From the NCBI GenBank assembly GCA_002269645.1, contig NIVC01001464.1:66955-130954 (forward strand): 64,000 nt of DNA. Direction: 5' to 3'. Below, piece after piece: positions 1 through 26,500 of the stretch. This stretch comes from Macrostomum lignano. Taxonomy: Eukaryota. The position numbers and the translations under genes were made by a program. Each line of letters starts with the position of its first letter. Position 1 is the stretch's first letter. The notes under the pieces were generated by a model. The model had not been told where the DNA came from. It did no database searches and worked only from the letters and a program-made list of their open reading frames with translations.

Positions 1-1880
1 TGAACGGTTTACCTTGGTCAATAAATTCCTGCTCGTTGATTTTAATAATGTGAACATCGCCGATAATAAACTGACAATCAGCTAGTGAGTTGTGCAGAAC
101 TTCAACTAGCTTTACTGAGTTGCTCATAGTGAATTCCGAACGTCGCGTACCAACGCAAGCTGTAGGTTGATCTGGGATCACAGCGTCTACAGGCATTTTC
201 CGCTCAAAGTCCGGCAGTAGAAATAGAAACGCGACTAGGCAAAGTTGGACAAACTTGCGAGTAGAATGCGAGCTCATGATGAACCCTGACTGTGGATACT
301 GTTCGGCTTGATTTGTCAACAGTAGAATAAATCAAGCAGACAGACGTTAAAAACAGCGATGTTGCCGGCTGGCAACTAGTTGGGTTCAGGCGATCGCTCA
401 GGTGGATATTCCGACTAGCCTGTTTCCGTAGTCGGATTTATGGGAAACGGCAACTAAGGGCAGTTGCTATTTTAAGCGCACGAAGGAAGGCCAAGTCCGA
501 GGCGAAGAATGCAGTACACAAAAATGCGCAGATGCACAAAACCGGTGACGCAAAGATGATGAACGAACAGCGATTGTATGCAGGCGAACAAAAATAGACT
601 GGGTAATGCGGGTATGCGAGTTGCAGAAACCCTTTTTGCCTTTTGCGTTTTAAACTACCAAAAACGGGATCTCTCTTATTTCTTTCCTACGTGCCCAGTC
701 CCAATGTAGCCATGATTAAATGGCAAAGAGTACACTCTCTCCGAGATCCACCTCACCTCCGCCTCTGTATTAAAGGAATTCACAGTGGAGCCAAACACAT
801 GCGCAGAGGGGCGGATGAAAGAGATAGGGAAGGAGGGCTGGATTGGAGTGAAGGCCGCGACAGCAAATCCCCGCTGAACCACGAGGAGGGGGGGGGGCGC
901 ATTACGTTGGAATAGAAACTGTACAGTGAAGCAGGGGCTGCGTGTGGGAGGCAGGCTCAACCCCAAGGACCCCCTATCCACTTCTATACGGCCTATACAA
1001 AACTCCAACTGTGAAGAGTGGTGTGGAGTGTGGGCGCAACGACATGGAAAATTGGGAAAGAGAGGGCAAACTATGGAACTGGAACTTGGTGGGCTGCATT
1101 AGGGCATGGTCTGAGTTTTTTGGAGAGATTCACACTTGGGGAGACCAATGAAAATGTTTGGGGGACTTGGGGTGAAGACAGTGGGCCAAAGGCAATAATT
1201 TCCACCAGGTCCTGTTTTGTGCCCGATCACTTACTACAATGGAGAATGGTGATAAAACCATTCGTCCTAGGAATACAACTATGGAACCTGGAAACAAGTT
1301 TAAAAGCCAGATGCAAAGAGGAGAAAAATTGGGCTTTGATGTTTTAGATTTTTTACGATTTGTTTCATAGAGGAGAGAGCAACACGGGCTAAAAATTAAA
1401 GTGGGGAAAGAAAAAGACGTGGGTACGAAGCAGAAGCCTAGAGGCGTGACTCACCCCAACAATCACGTGGGCATCAAGTCCTTTAGGTGTAAAAAGGCTG
1501 GACATGAACTACGAGTATGAAGGAATGAGTGACGGGAGTTGGAAAGGGGGCAGTCACAATCAAGAGCGCTAAGGGAAGAGAGTGGAGTGGAGAGCGAGAG
1601 GGAGCCAAAGCAAACAGGATTAATATTTCAAAACTAGAGGAATTAACCCAGGAAACTTGATAGAATCACGAGCTTAAAAACGAGCACATATTAACTTTAT
1701 ACTACAACACCTAATTCTTGAATTGATGCTTCTAAGAGAATAATTTTTGAAATCGCAAGACATATGCGAGACACGTATATATAAGCACAATGACACGCAC
1801 AGGGGACAGATTGATGAATGACTCATTCGATTGATAACACACGCTAGCAGAACACGTTCAGACTCTTACAAACTTTAGAA

Positions 1881-2029
1881 CTGGAGTCGGGAAACTTTTT
1901 TTACCTCGATGGGAGAGGAAAGGGAGGAGAGAGGAAATTGAAATGGGCATAAATTTTGAGTAGGCCGGATTGCTACTGGGAACGGGAAGTTTCAAAGGAC
2001 CCGGTGGGGCCTGAGTTTGCCGAACCCTG
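1881..2029. mobile_element. Degenerate hAT (Charlie-like) MITE, ~150 bp
   Basis: Left end CTGGAGTCGGGAAAC and reverse complement of right end CAGGGTTCGGCAAAC resemble the hAT-Charlie terminus CAGGGGTCGGCAAAC. The 8-bp flanks CTTTAGAA / CTATAGAT match at 6 of 8 positions. Confidence 0.5.
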
Positions 2030-3169
2030 CTATAGATTAAAATTCATCACAATTCTATAATAACGGCTCTAGATATTTATATACAAAATATTAATAAATA
2101 AGTCAAGAGAGACACAAACTAACAAATAAAATAGCATAATAATCCCTGTTCTAGGTAAACAGTATGTATGCATACAAATATATATATTTGTTGTGACGTC
2201 ATCCAAAAATAAGGAATGAACTAATAGACAAAAGTAATAGATTATCTAGAATTGCCGTTTATGCATAAGCGAGAAGATACTCAGCGTACGCAACAACCTT
2301 TCTCCTGCAACTAAAAATGAAATTAAAATATTCATATGTATAATAATTAGATTGAGTCAGAATGAGAACAGATTGAACGGAAACGATAGCAATAATATTT
2401 TATACTGATTGACATATTAGTTATACAGACACCAACGGCTTGGCCAAAATAATATTAGCACTACTAACTCAGATCAGAGAGACACGCTATGCACCAATAA
2501 TATTTCTTTTTTTGCGCTAGATATTAACGGAAAGAATTCTCAGCGCGAGAGATTAGATCTTTTATAACTAGAGCAAATTGCGGAACTCACAGTCCTTATT
2601 AAGATTAAGATATTAATATATCTTATTAGGATAAGATTAAGACAGAGCCACACTTGGACAGTGGTGCAAGGTGCAAACTTTAAAACTTTTGTTAATAGTC
2701 TAAATATTATTTAGCAGCAATTAAAACAATCGAATGCCTGCACCAAAATAATAGAACATATTGTGCGCTTTAAAACGCTCGCGCGCACACACACAGACAG
2801 AGATCGATATAAATAAACAAGCCAATAGAAACATATGAGTGCAAGACTGGCATTTCACACAAATAAATTGTATTAATGCTTGATTACTTAGAAATGAATT
2901 ACAACTGAAAGAATAATTATTGAAAAAATTGAAAGGAACGCGTATTACCCGGAGTATATGAAAATCACAAAATGTTTGTCAGCAAATTAAAAAAAAGTAT
3001 TATATACTACTAGCAAGGAAAAGTAAATCAAATTAAAAGTGCAGGAAAATCCGGGACAATGAGTCACCGAAAAACCAAGTAAATTATAATTTTAATTTGA
3101 CAGTAGATGTCAAAGATTTGCATTTGTTAATGGTTGACTAGGGCTGAGGGGTTTGACGGAATCCTGGTG

Positions 3170-3442
3170 TATACTCAGCAACATTGAAAAGTCGCCAGTG
3201 AGCAGTGTCTCTTGGACTATTCTGCAATAAGAGACACGAGAAAACTGATTCGGGGTAGCTTTAATCCGTCCAACCCTCGCACACCGCTCCACCTCACTTC
3301 ATTCCTCAACTCAAGCCTGCCGCGTGGCGTAGCTGAGTTGCGTCAGTCGCAAGATTGAGAGACTTTACCTGCTCTCTCAAAAGTGGCGACAACAGACGGA
3401 ATCTTCTGTGATGGCGACTTTTCAATGTTGCTGCTGAGTATA
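3170..3442. mobile_element. Tc1/mariner-type MITE (copy 1)
   Basis: ~28-bp TIR TATACTCAGCAACATTGAAAAGTCGCCA ... TGGCGACTTTTCAATGTTGCTGCTGAGTATA with TA at both ends. A second copy lies at 25079-25233. Confidence 0.8.
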
Positions 3443-4267
3443 AATAAACAAAAATATTTATCAATTAAGGCTCTATTTTAGTAATTAATTAGAATCTACT
3501 GTTGTTAAATTAAATAATAACAATGAATAAGTTTTATAGAATACTACTGCTTGGCTGTTGACCTTCATTTGTGCAGACAAAACTTATTCAGAATAATAAT
3601 ACGATACATAAATTTAATACATTTCTAACTTTAAGTTAATAAAAACGATAATTTTTTTCTTTTTGGAAGCACACATAACTCAGGATAGATAACAGAAGTT
3701 AAATTGAAATTCATGAGTATTGTGAGAGCAGTCCAATCAGCATAATAAATACATTTAAACACAACAGATCTAGTGACAGAAAATAATTGATAATAGAAAA
3801 CGATTGGCCTCTTAACAGGGAGACTATAACTGTCACAATGTTAGATAATATAGAGAAGTTTAAATTCAACTCAGTGGATGACATTAAAAAAATAATAAAA
3901 AAATCAAAACGCTTTTGTTGTGTGAAAAGAACACAATTCAGTGGTTTTAAGCAGAAATTATTTCATATTTATTTATGAGCATTTAATCTAGTTAAGTAAA
4001 GCCTCAGAATTACGTCTAATAGCCAATCGAAGAAAGACAATTATAAAACAATTAAAACAAAAGTAAACAGAATACAAGTAATGAAAATAATCATGGCAAC
4101 AGGTTTCTATTTAACCTTGGCTTTCTATAGCCCCCCCCCCCCAGCGCTGCTACTGACAGACAGGCAAGTTTTGACGCGAGTGAAAGCCAACTGAAAAGTC
4201 GTCTATCCATTTTTGAAAACAAAGCATAAAGTTCTCAAGCACAAGGCAGATGCTCAATTCAGGTTGA

Positions 4268-15505
<11,238 letters not shown>

Positions 15506-15887
15506 TTAATTTAGTTAAAAACGCTAGTGAGTGTTGATAAGAGTGCCTTAGTTGTTAGTTTTGGGTACAGGGCTAGGCATGCAAATAGGACAAAGGTTAT
15601 TATTTTAGGCAAGCTTCATCCGAAGCATGGCATATAACTAGTATTTTCATAATCCATACTTTTTCTCTGCACTAAGTTAGATCACTAAGAAAACTGTGAA
15701 ATAAAAGTCATAAGGAAAACAATTATTAAGTATTATTTATTTATAGCATAATTATGGCAACTATTACATACTGTTAGATAATGTTTATGAATTAAAATGG
15801 CACATCTTGAAAGACATGCACTTGTACTAAATACTCGGAACATACAAGGAGGGCCGTCATTATCAAGACAGATATATAAGAGTGAAA

Positions 15888-17745
<1,858 letters not shown>

Positions 17746-17964
17746 TTAAGAATTTAATTAATATTACTTTATAAAATATTACAAACATATAAAGTAATCA
17801 TAAACATAGGGGTCATATTTTATCTTACTATTTATCTTCTATACCTATAAAAATGAAATTTCTGTCTCTGCGTGTGTACAAAGGGGAGGGCCTGTCAACT
17901 TAAGCTTATAAAGTAGAGCCTGAGTAACCTACGTACACAAATGATACGGGGTCATTCTGCTCAC

Positions 17965-18545
17965 AATGCTTGCTATCTGGGGGATGCTTGCTATCTGGGG
18001 GATGCTTGCTATCTGGGTGATGCTTGCTACCTGGGGGATGCTTGCTATCTGGGTGATGCTTGCTACCTGGGGGATGCTTGCTATCTGGGGGATGCTTGCT
18101 ATCTGGGTGATGCTTGCTACCTGGGGGATGCTTGCTATCTGGGGGATGCTTGCTATCTGGGTGATGCTTGCTACCTGGGGGATGCTTGCTATCTGGAGGA
18201 TGCTTGCTATCTGGGGTGATGCTTGCTATCTGGGGGATGCTTGCTATCTGGGGTGATGCTTGCTATCTGTGGGATGCTTGCTATCTGGGGTGATGCTTGC
18301 TATCTGTGGGATGCTTGCTATCTGGGGGATGCTTGCTATCTGTGGGATGCTTGCTACCTGGGGGATGCTTGCTATCTGGAGGATGCTTGCTATCTGGGGT
18401 GATGCTTGCTATCTGTGGGATGCTTGCTATCTGTGGGATGCTTGCTATCTGGGGTGATGCTTGCTATGAGCATTAGGGGATGCTTGCTATCTGCGGTTGC
18501 TTACTTTTGGAGGGGGTGCTTGCTAGCTAGGGGGATGCTTGCTGT
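17965..18545. repeat. 18-bp minisatellite (GGGATGCTTGCTATCTGG)n between receptor and TTC1
   Basis: Tandem units; source of the DACYLG ORFs. Confidence 0.95.
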
Positions 18546-20530
18546 CTTGGGAATATTTTTTTATTTAGGGGTAGCTATATTTTGTTGTCTGTTTGTTAAT
18601 TTTTGAGAAAAAGTGATTCATAGCAAATATCTTTGTCCATGTCAATTTTACACGAATAAGCTGATTTTTAAAAGTGAAGAAGAAATTGGTTCTTAATAAA
18701 ATTTGCTTTTTTTAATTGTTTTCAATGAACTATTTTTGCTCCTTGCTTATTGGGCGCCCCGAAGTGGGGCCGCACTAGATTGCTAGTTATCCCAATAATG
18801 TAACTTATAGAATTAAGTTGACAGGCCTTCTTTTGCTATGGACTCCCAAATCGCTCAACCAAATGACACCAGGGAAAGAAAGTGTCATAGGCTACCTTAA
18901 AATTTCCTAAATCTATTCAAGTATTCCTACCTAAAAGTGCAAAAAACTCCTCCATAGAGCCATAGAGGCATAGTTTGACATAATAAAAAGGAACTCAAGA
19001 AGAACCAGTAATTGTTTTTTATACTGGCCAGACAAGGTGCGCAGATCTGACAGACAGTCACGCACTATATATGCAGGTGTATTTAAATAACTAAATCAAA
19101 TAGGATCGTCAAGGGTCGGTCAGAGACTGATATATAAAAATAAGCTACACAGACAAATAACAATTGTTGATTTTTAATTCGAATTGCAAACAAGCGCGAC
19201 ATAGGCTGTTTGGTGTGACATTATTTTAAAAGCGCTTAAAGCGAAAAACAACAAATATTCTATTAATTACACTTACAGAAATTAAATTAACAAAGCAAAT
19301 ACACTTATAATTGCTGTGACACAGAAATAGTAGTTATATATAAAGTTCAAATTAAAAATTATTGAGGCAGGGGGCAAACAATAGGTCTCTATTTATTAAC
19401 AACAACAAAACTTGCTGGCCAGCAACTACACCAAGGCGAGGCGAAAGAAAGCGGATTGCATATTTATAGTTATAGAAAAATAAAACGGGGCATAGGGCAA
19501 TGCTTTTATTAACGATAAAAAAATAGTTGTACACAGATAGATAATAGAAAACTTGGTCGCTAATCCGAATAACTCAGCTGATGGCATCAAAGCCCGGGGA
19601 TAGGTGTACACCGCCCCGTTCGGACTCAACCGCAGGGACATCAGTGCGATGATCATGACCCTCACAGTAAGGAATACCCATTCTGCCTCTCCAGTGGTGT
19701 TAAGAAAGCTCGGAGCACTTTATTTGCGACTGCTCAGTCTTTACTTAGGACAGGCTCATCTACCCCCGGAGCCGCCTGCAGCAGAGTCAAATCACTATAA
19801 TAAACTTGCCATAATCTGTACTAAAAAAACCTTTCTTAACAACAAAAGCATTCTCTTTGAAAAAAAACATTGAAAAACTAAACGAAAATGACGCATTATA
19901 ATCATACTTATATTTCTGTTAACAGAATTCAAGCTTATTGCCAAAAAAAGTAAAAATATAACAAATTTTCTAGGAAGAAGACAAAGCTAAAATTATCTAC
20001 ATAAAATATGATAGGAGTTTTGATTTCTATATTAAATATACACACAGAGAGTGACTAATATGACGATAGATTATATCGATTTTTCCTCTTTCTTTTTTGT
20101 ACTCTGTGACGGCTTACAAAATCCCAGGCATGCTGAACATTCTTTAAACCACCGATAACATACAAAACTGAGGTTGTTAACAATTGACGAAGCTATATAT
20201 ACACAAACAATAAAATAAGCAAGGCTAAAGAAGTGAATTAAAGCATGACCATACAATATATAAGCTACGTACGTGTAGAGACAAAACCGGGACAAAAAGC
20301 GAAGCGAGCAAAGCGAAAAAAGCGAACAGATTAAACGAATCTTAAAAAATACATTTTGTTTCACCTCACCTTCAAATGAACACCTATCAATTGTTTGATA
20401 CAAACTTATTAGTGAAGAACACACTGAACTACAGCAGAAACTTGTATCAATTTATTCTTACGCTCGTTCAAAACAATCAGAAACCTATTATCTCATAAAA
20501 CTGTTGACTCAACATATCGGTCAGTCTGTG

Positions 20531-23500
20531 TTAGGCAACCACTGTGCCAGTTTCCTTATCAGCAGCCAGCAGCTCATTAGCAGAGTGCAGCATTCGAGCT
20601 GTTTGATCTTTCACTGACATGGCCTCCAGTCGGGCGGCTGGAGACTGGTACCAGCACTCAGTGAGCACTTGGCACAGTCTGCTCAGCACCGGGTGCTCAT
20701 GCCAGATCGGCAGAATTGGCGGCCGAGCATTGGCTGGCGGACAGACAACGGCTTGCATCTCTTCCAAAGTTGGATTGTTGGGCACCAGATCGTGATAGGG
20801 TTGCTGGTATTCTGGCTCAGCCGTGATGCCTCTGCAATGTGGTTTTGTTATAATAATTGGATCTGGGATGCTGGCCTAATCTGGTTACTGCATTGAGAAT
20901 CTGGGATGCTGGCCTCATCTGATCAGTGTATTGGGGATCTGGGATGCTGGCCTCATCTGATCAGTGTATTGGGGATCTGGGATGCTGGCCTCATCTGATC
21001 AATGTATTAGGGATCTGGGATGCTGGCCTCATCTGATCAGTGTATTGGGGATCTGGGATGCTGGCCTCATCTGATCAATGTATTAGGGATCTGGGATGCT
21101 GGCTTCATCTGATCAATGTATTAGGGATCTGGGATGCTGGCTTTATCTGATCAATGTATTAGGGATCTGGGATGCTGGCTTCATCTGATTAATGTATTGG
21201 GGATCTGGGATGCTGGCCTCATCTGATCAATGTATTAGGGATCTGGGATGTTGGCCTCATCTGATCAGTGTATTGGGGATCTGGGATGCTGGCCTCATCT
21301 GATCAATGTATTAGGGATCTGGGATGCTGGCTTCATCTGATCAGTGTATTAGGGATCTGGGATGCTGGCCTCATCTGATCAATGTATTAGGGATCTGGGA
21401 TGCTGGCTTCATCTGATCAATGTATTAGGGATCTGGGATGCTGGCCTCATCTGATCAGTGTATTAGGGATCTGGGATGCTGGCTTCATCTGATTAATGTA
21501 TTGGGGATCTGGGATGCTGGCCTCATCTGATCAATGTATTAGGGATCTGGGATGTTGGCCTCATCTGATCAGTGTATTGGGGATCTGGGATGCTGGCCTC
21601 ATCTGATCAATGTATTAGGGATCTGGGATGCTGGTCTCATCTGATCTGTTTATTGGGGATCTGGGATGCTGGTCTCATCTGATCAGTTTATTGGGGATCT
21701 GGGATGCTGGCCTCATCTGATCAGTGTATTGGGGATCTGGGATGCTGGCCTCATCTGATCAATGTATTGGGGATCTGGGATGCTGGCCTCATCTGATCAA
21801 TGTATAAGGGATCTGGGATGCTGGCTTCATCTGATTAATGTATTGGGGATCTGGGATGCTGGCCTCATCTGATCAGTGTATTAGGGATCTGGGATGTTGG
21901 CCTCATCTGATCAGTGTATTAGGGATATGGGATACTGGCCTCATCTGATCAGTGTATTGGGGATCTGGGATGCTGGCCTCATCTGATGATCATTAACTGT
22001 ATTGGGGATCTGGCTGGATGCTGGCCTTATTTCATCAGTATTGGGAATATGGGATGCTGGCATCTTATCATCATTGACTGTATTGGGGATCTGGGATGCT
22101 GGTCTTATCTAATCTGTTTATTGGGGATCTGGGATGCTGGTCTCATCTGATCAGTTTATTGGGGATCTGGGATGCTGGCCTCATCTGATCAGTTTATTGG
22201 GGATCTGGGATGCTGGCCTTATCTGATTAGTGTATTGGAGATCTGGAATGCTGGCCTCATCTGATCAGTGTATTGGGGATCTGGGATGCTGGCCTTATCT
22301 GATTAGTGTATTGGGGATCTGGGATGCTGGTCTCATCTGATCAGTTTATTGGGGATCTGGGATGCTGGCCTCATCTGATCAGTGTATTGGAGATCTGGAA
22401 TGCTGGCCTCATCTGATCAGTGTATTGGGGATCTGGGATGCTGGCCTTATCTGATTAGTGTATTGGGGATCTGGGATGCTGGCCTCATCTCATTATTTGG
22501 ATGCTAGCCTCATCTCATTATTTGGATGCTAGCCTCATCTCATTACTGGGATGCTGGCCTAATCTTATCATTGGGAGATGCTGGCCTCATCTCATCAATG
22601 TATTGGGGATCTGGGATGCTAAAACTACCTGAGACGATACCAAAATGCAAAAGCAAAAGTACAAAAACATGGCAATTACCTATTCGGATCATGGCACCTG
22701 ACGGCAAGCTCCCAAAACACTAATCCAGTAGCATAGACATCAGCCTTGCGGAGAGCGGTGAAATCCCTGGCATCCTGACTGGCATTCAAGCATTCCGGAC
22801 TCAGATAGCGCCTGGTACCAACTAGTCCATTGTTAGCCTCTCCAATGCCGCTATCGCTGCCGCCTACAACTCCGAGTCCGCCGCTGCCAAATCCGATAAC
22901 ATTGCCGCAGCCGGGTTGCAGAGCTACGGCTAAACCAAAATCAGCAATACAGCAAGACAGATCGGATTTCACCAGGATATTGTTAGATTTGATATCCCGA
23001 TGCGCAATAGCTGGTTTGCATTTCACGCCGGTGATTTCGCTGTGGAGATGAGCCAGACCGCTGGCAATGCTGTGCAGCATTCGAGCCATGGTGTGCTGAT
23101 CTACTGTACACCTGGTCAGGTAGCTCTGCAGAGATCCATTAGCGTGATAGTCTGTAATGAGCCACAGCTGAGTCTCCAGTCCAATATCGATATTATCAAT
23201 AGCAATGAAGCCCAGGATGGAGTCGTGTCGCATGCCGGGCAGTTCGTACATGTGACCTTCGGTGGACCAGGAGCTCTCCGCCCGGCTGCTGAATATCTTC
23301 ACCGCCACGGGGTCGTTGCGCCACTCGGAACGGTACACCTGAGGTGATTTAGGGAAATTTTTGGGGAGATTTGCTGATGAAAATCGAGCGTCACTAGGTT
23401 TAAAGCTTAATGAGAGCACGGGGACCAAATACCAGACTTTTCACAGTCATTAATAGATGGGATTACTGACGAGTGCGCTTATGAAGTGATTCATAATTAG

Positions 23501-26500
23501 TTATGTAGACTATGTAGGGCTTTTTAACTGCTGATGAAGTACTTGATAAGGTGGTCATAGGGTATTTGATAGTTGGTCATGAAGTGTCTGATAGGTGGTC
23601 ATGGGGCATTTGATAGTTGGTCATGGAGTGTCTGATAGGTGGTCATGGGGCATTTGATAGTTGGTCATGGAGTGTCTGATAGGTGGTCATGGGGCATTTG
23701 ATAGTTGGTCATGGAGTGTCTGATAGGTGGTCATGGGGTGTTTGATAGGTGGTCATGGGGTGTTTGATAGGTGATCATGGGGTGTTTGATAGGTGGTCAT
23801 GGGGTGTTTGATAGGTTGTCATGGAGTGTCGGATAGGTGGTCATGGGGTATTTGATAGGTGGTCATGGGGTGTTTGATAGATGGTCATGGAGTGTCTGAT
23901 AGGTGGTCATGGGGTAGTTTCAGATAAGTGGTCATGGAGTGGTTGATGAGTGGTCATTGAGTGGCTGATGAGTGGTCATGGATTGGCTGAGGAGTGGTCA
24001 TGGATTGGCTGAGGAGTGGTCATGGATTCGCTGAGGAGTGGTCATGGATTCGCTGAGGAGTGGTCATGGATTGGCTGAGGAGTGGTCATGGATTGGCTGA
24101 CGAGTGGGCATGGAGTGCTTGATAAGTGGTCATGGAGTGCTAGATAGGTGGCTATAGAGTGCTTTATGAGTGGTAATTTAGTGATTGCTGAAATGTTCGT
24201 TAATGATTTATGTGGATCAGGGTCTCAATGACTGATTTATCTGGCTAATGGAGTGAGTCATTAGGGCGTTCCCCAGATCCGCGAACAACAAACAAACAAA
24301 CAAAAAGCACAAACCTGACCAAACCGCCCCTGACCAATTAGCTCGCGATGTTCAATCTCCCTAGCAACAGTCCTAGGCAACAATATTGGCAGACCGGATC
24401 CGCTGCCAGTTTGAGAATGATCAAACACCGGAGCGGTATCAACGCCACTGGTATTCTGATTCGGCTGCTGCTGCTGCTGCTGAGTCGATGGCAGTGAGTC
24501 GCCATTACAGACACCGGTACTGGAGCTGCCACCGCCGGCGCTTCCACGCGAACGATTATTAGGCACAGCCAGCATCTTCTGCTGCTGCTGGCTAACATTA
24601 GGAGCCGGACAGACAAAAGCAACAGCAGATGACGAATTGGAAGAATTCGAAGCAGTTAGAAGTTTTTCAACTGCGCCAGTTGAATCCAACTTCTGGCGAT
24701 GCTGACCGAAAGCGAATGACGAACCGGAGGCTGATGATAAAGCTGGCTGTTGATGATGTTGCTTCTGCTGATGCTGAGGTGGCGGCGAAGGTGACGAAGA
24801 GCCGGACGACTTCAATAAAGAGTCCGACTGGTCCAGCCGTTGGCTCTGCTGCAGTTTCAATCTGCGCCAATGAGAATAGCAGATGCCTAACAGGCAGGCC
24901 AGGAGAGCCAGACAGGCGAAGGCCATGGCGCCAACTGTGGCAGCCACAATAGCACTGCTGTTTGGCTGCGGATGAAGGGAAGATTCTTAGCATTTATGAG
25001 TCATCGTAGGACGAGGTACTACCGTTTCTTATAGCTCTATTAATTACGATTATATGTTTATAATTTAATATCCTAGGTATACTCAGCAACATTGAAAAGT
25101 CGGCATCACAGAAGATTGGACGGATTAAAGCTACCCCGAATCAGTTTTCTCGTATATTTTATTGCAGAAATAGTCCAAGAGAAATTGCTCACTGGCGCCC
25201 TATACTGGCGACTTTCAATGTTGCTTGAGCATACATTTTCTGTGTCTAAAAATCATAACGGCACAACTTAACTCATACAAAAATGACAATATATAGAGTC
25301 CTAAATTTATAAACAAAAAAGCTCTATAAAAATATCAACGAATCTATAAGAAAGACAAAGTATATAAAAACTTTTTGTTTTCGCTAAAACCTGTTTGTCT
25401 TCATTCTTAAGTTTAGTCCTTGTTGTAATGTAGTTATGTAGACATTTGTAGGTCAAAAACCCCACCCTCCTCTTAACAGGTTCTGACATTTTGTCAGAAT
25501 CGGATGGCTCACCCAAGACTCGTTATCAGCTCTGCGGTGACTAGCCATACCAAGCGCTGATCCATCATTCTCGCTAGCCGGATGCTGTACACCATAGAAT
25601 CCAGACAGCGAAGTCAAGTACTGCTGCAGATAGCCATCAGTAGCATACGCGTCCATCATCTCTTTAGCTCCAATCTGAGCAAAGAATGACGTCTGATTCA
25701 AACTCTTAGGCAAATTACAGCCAGACGGTTCTGAGCAGCAATTCCCATCCGGAGTTTTTGAGCACATCAGATTGCCAATAAAATCCACCGTGTCTTGATT
25801 AAGCCGATTGCTATTGCTGTTACGTAGCGAGTGAACATCACTGTAGCGTCTGTTAAAATTGCAAGTTTGTTGGGGTCGGGGATAAAACGTTTTAAAAATA
25901 AGCTGGCACAAAATCAAATTAGACAGAGCATACAAATACAGACTGGGTTATGGACATGTATATTTCCCATGTTGTATAGTTCCCTCAACTAGGAATATTG
26001 GTCACTCACTAAATGAGACTTAAAACACCATGAAATTATTGATATGATGGGAGGATGGGGTACAATAGTAGAAACAAATTAATTTTGAGGTTACAGACTT
26101 GAGCAACATAGATTTTTTCTGTCATATGCCCAATGTGTACTAGAGGCTAGTAGAGGCTAAAGTTGAGATGAATGTTTTTTTACACTCAATGTGAGGGAGC
26201 TCTAAATAAACCTAGGATTCAAGCAACATAATTTTTGACACTACATTCAAATGGTGTGGTTTGGGTAATAGGGGTTAAAGTAAGTTAAATGCAGTCCTAG
26301 ACATTGTTCTAATACAATAAATGAATAATATCTATTAAACAAGCAAATAGTAGACATAAGCTAGTTATAGGGAATAAGATCATTCAATTCAAAGGCTTTG
26401 ATCAGATAATGTTATTTTAATTTTTTATGTATGATTAAAAATAGCACCTATATTAAAGTTTTTTAATCTATGTGAGCTACCAATTATTAGTATGTTTAGC

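Noticed and set aside
19426-19873. Short ORFs between the receptor and TTC1
   Set aside because: No recognisable motif or splice-phase link; probably receptor 3' UTR or intergenic.
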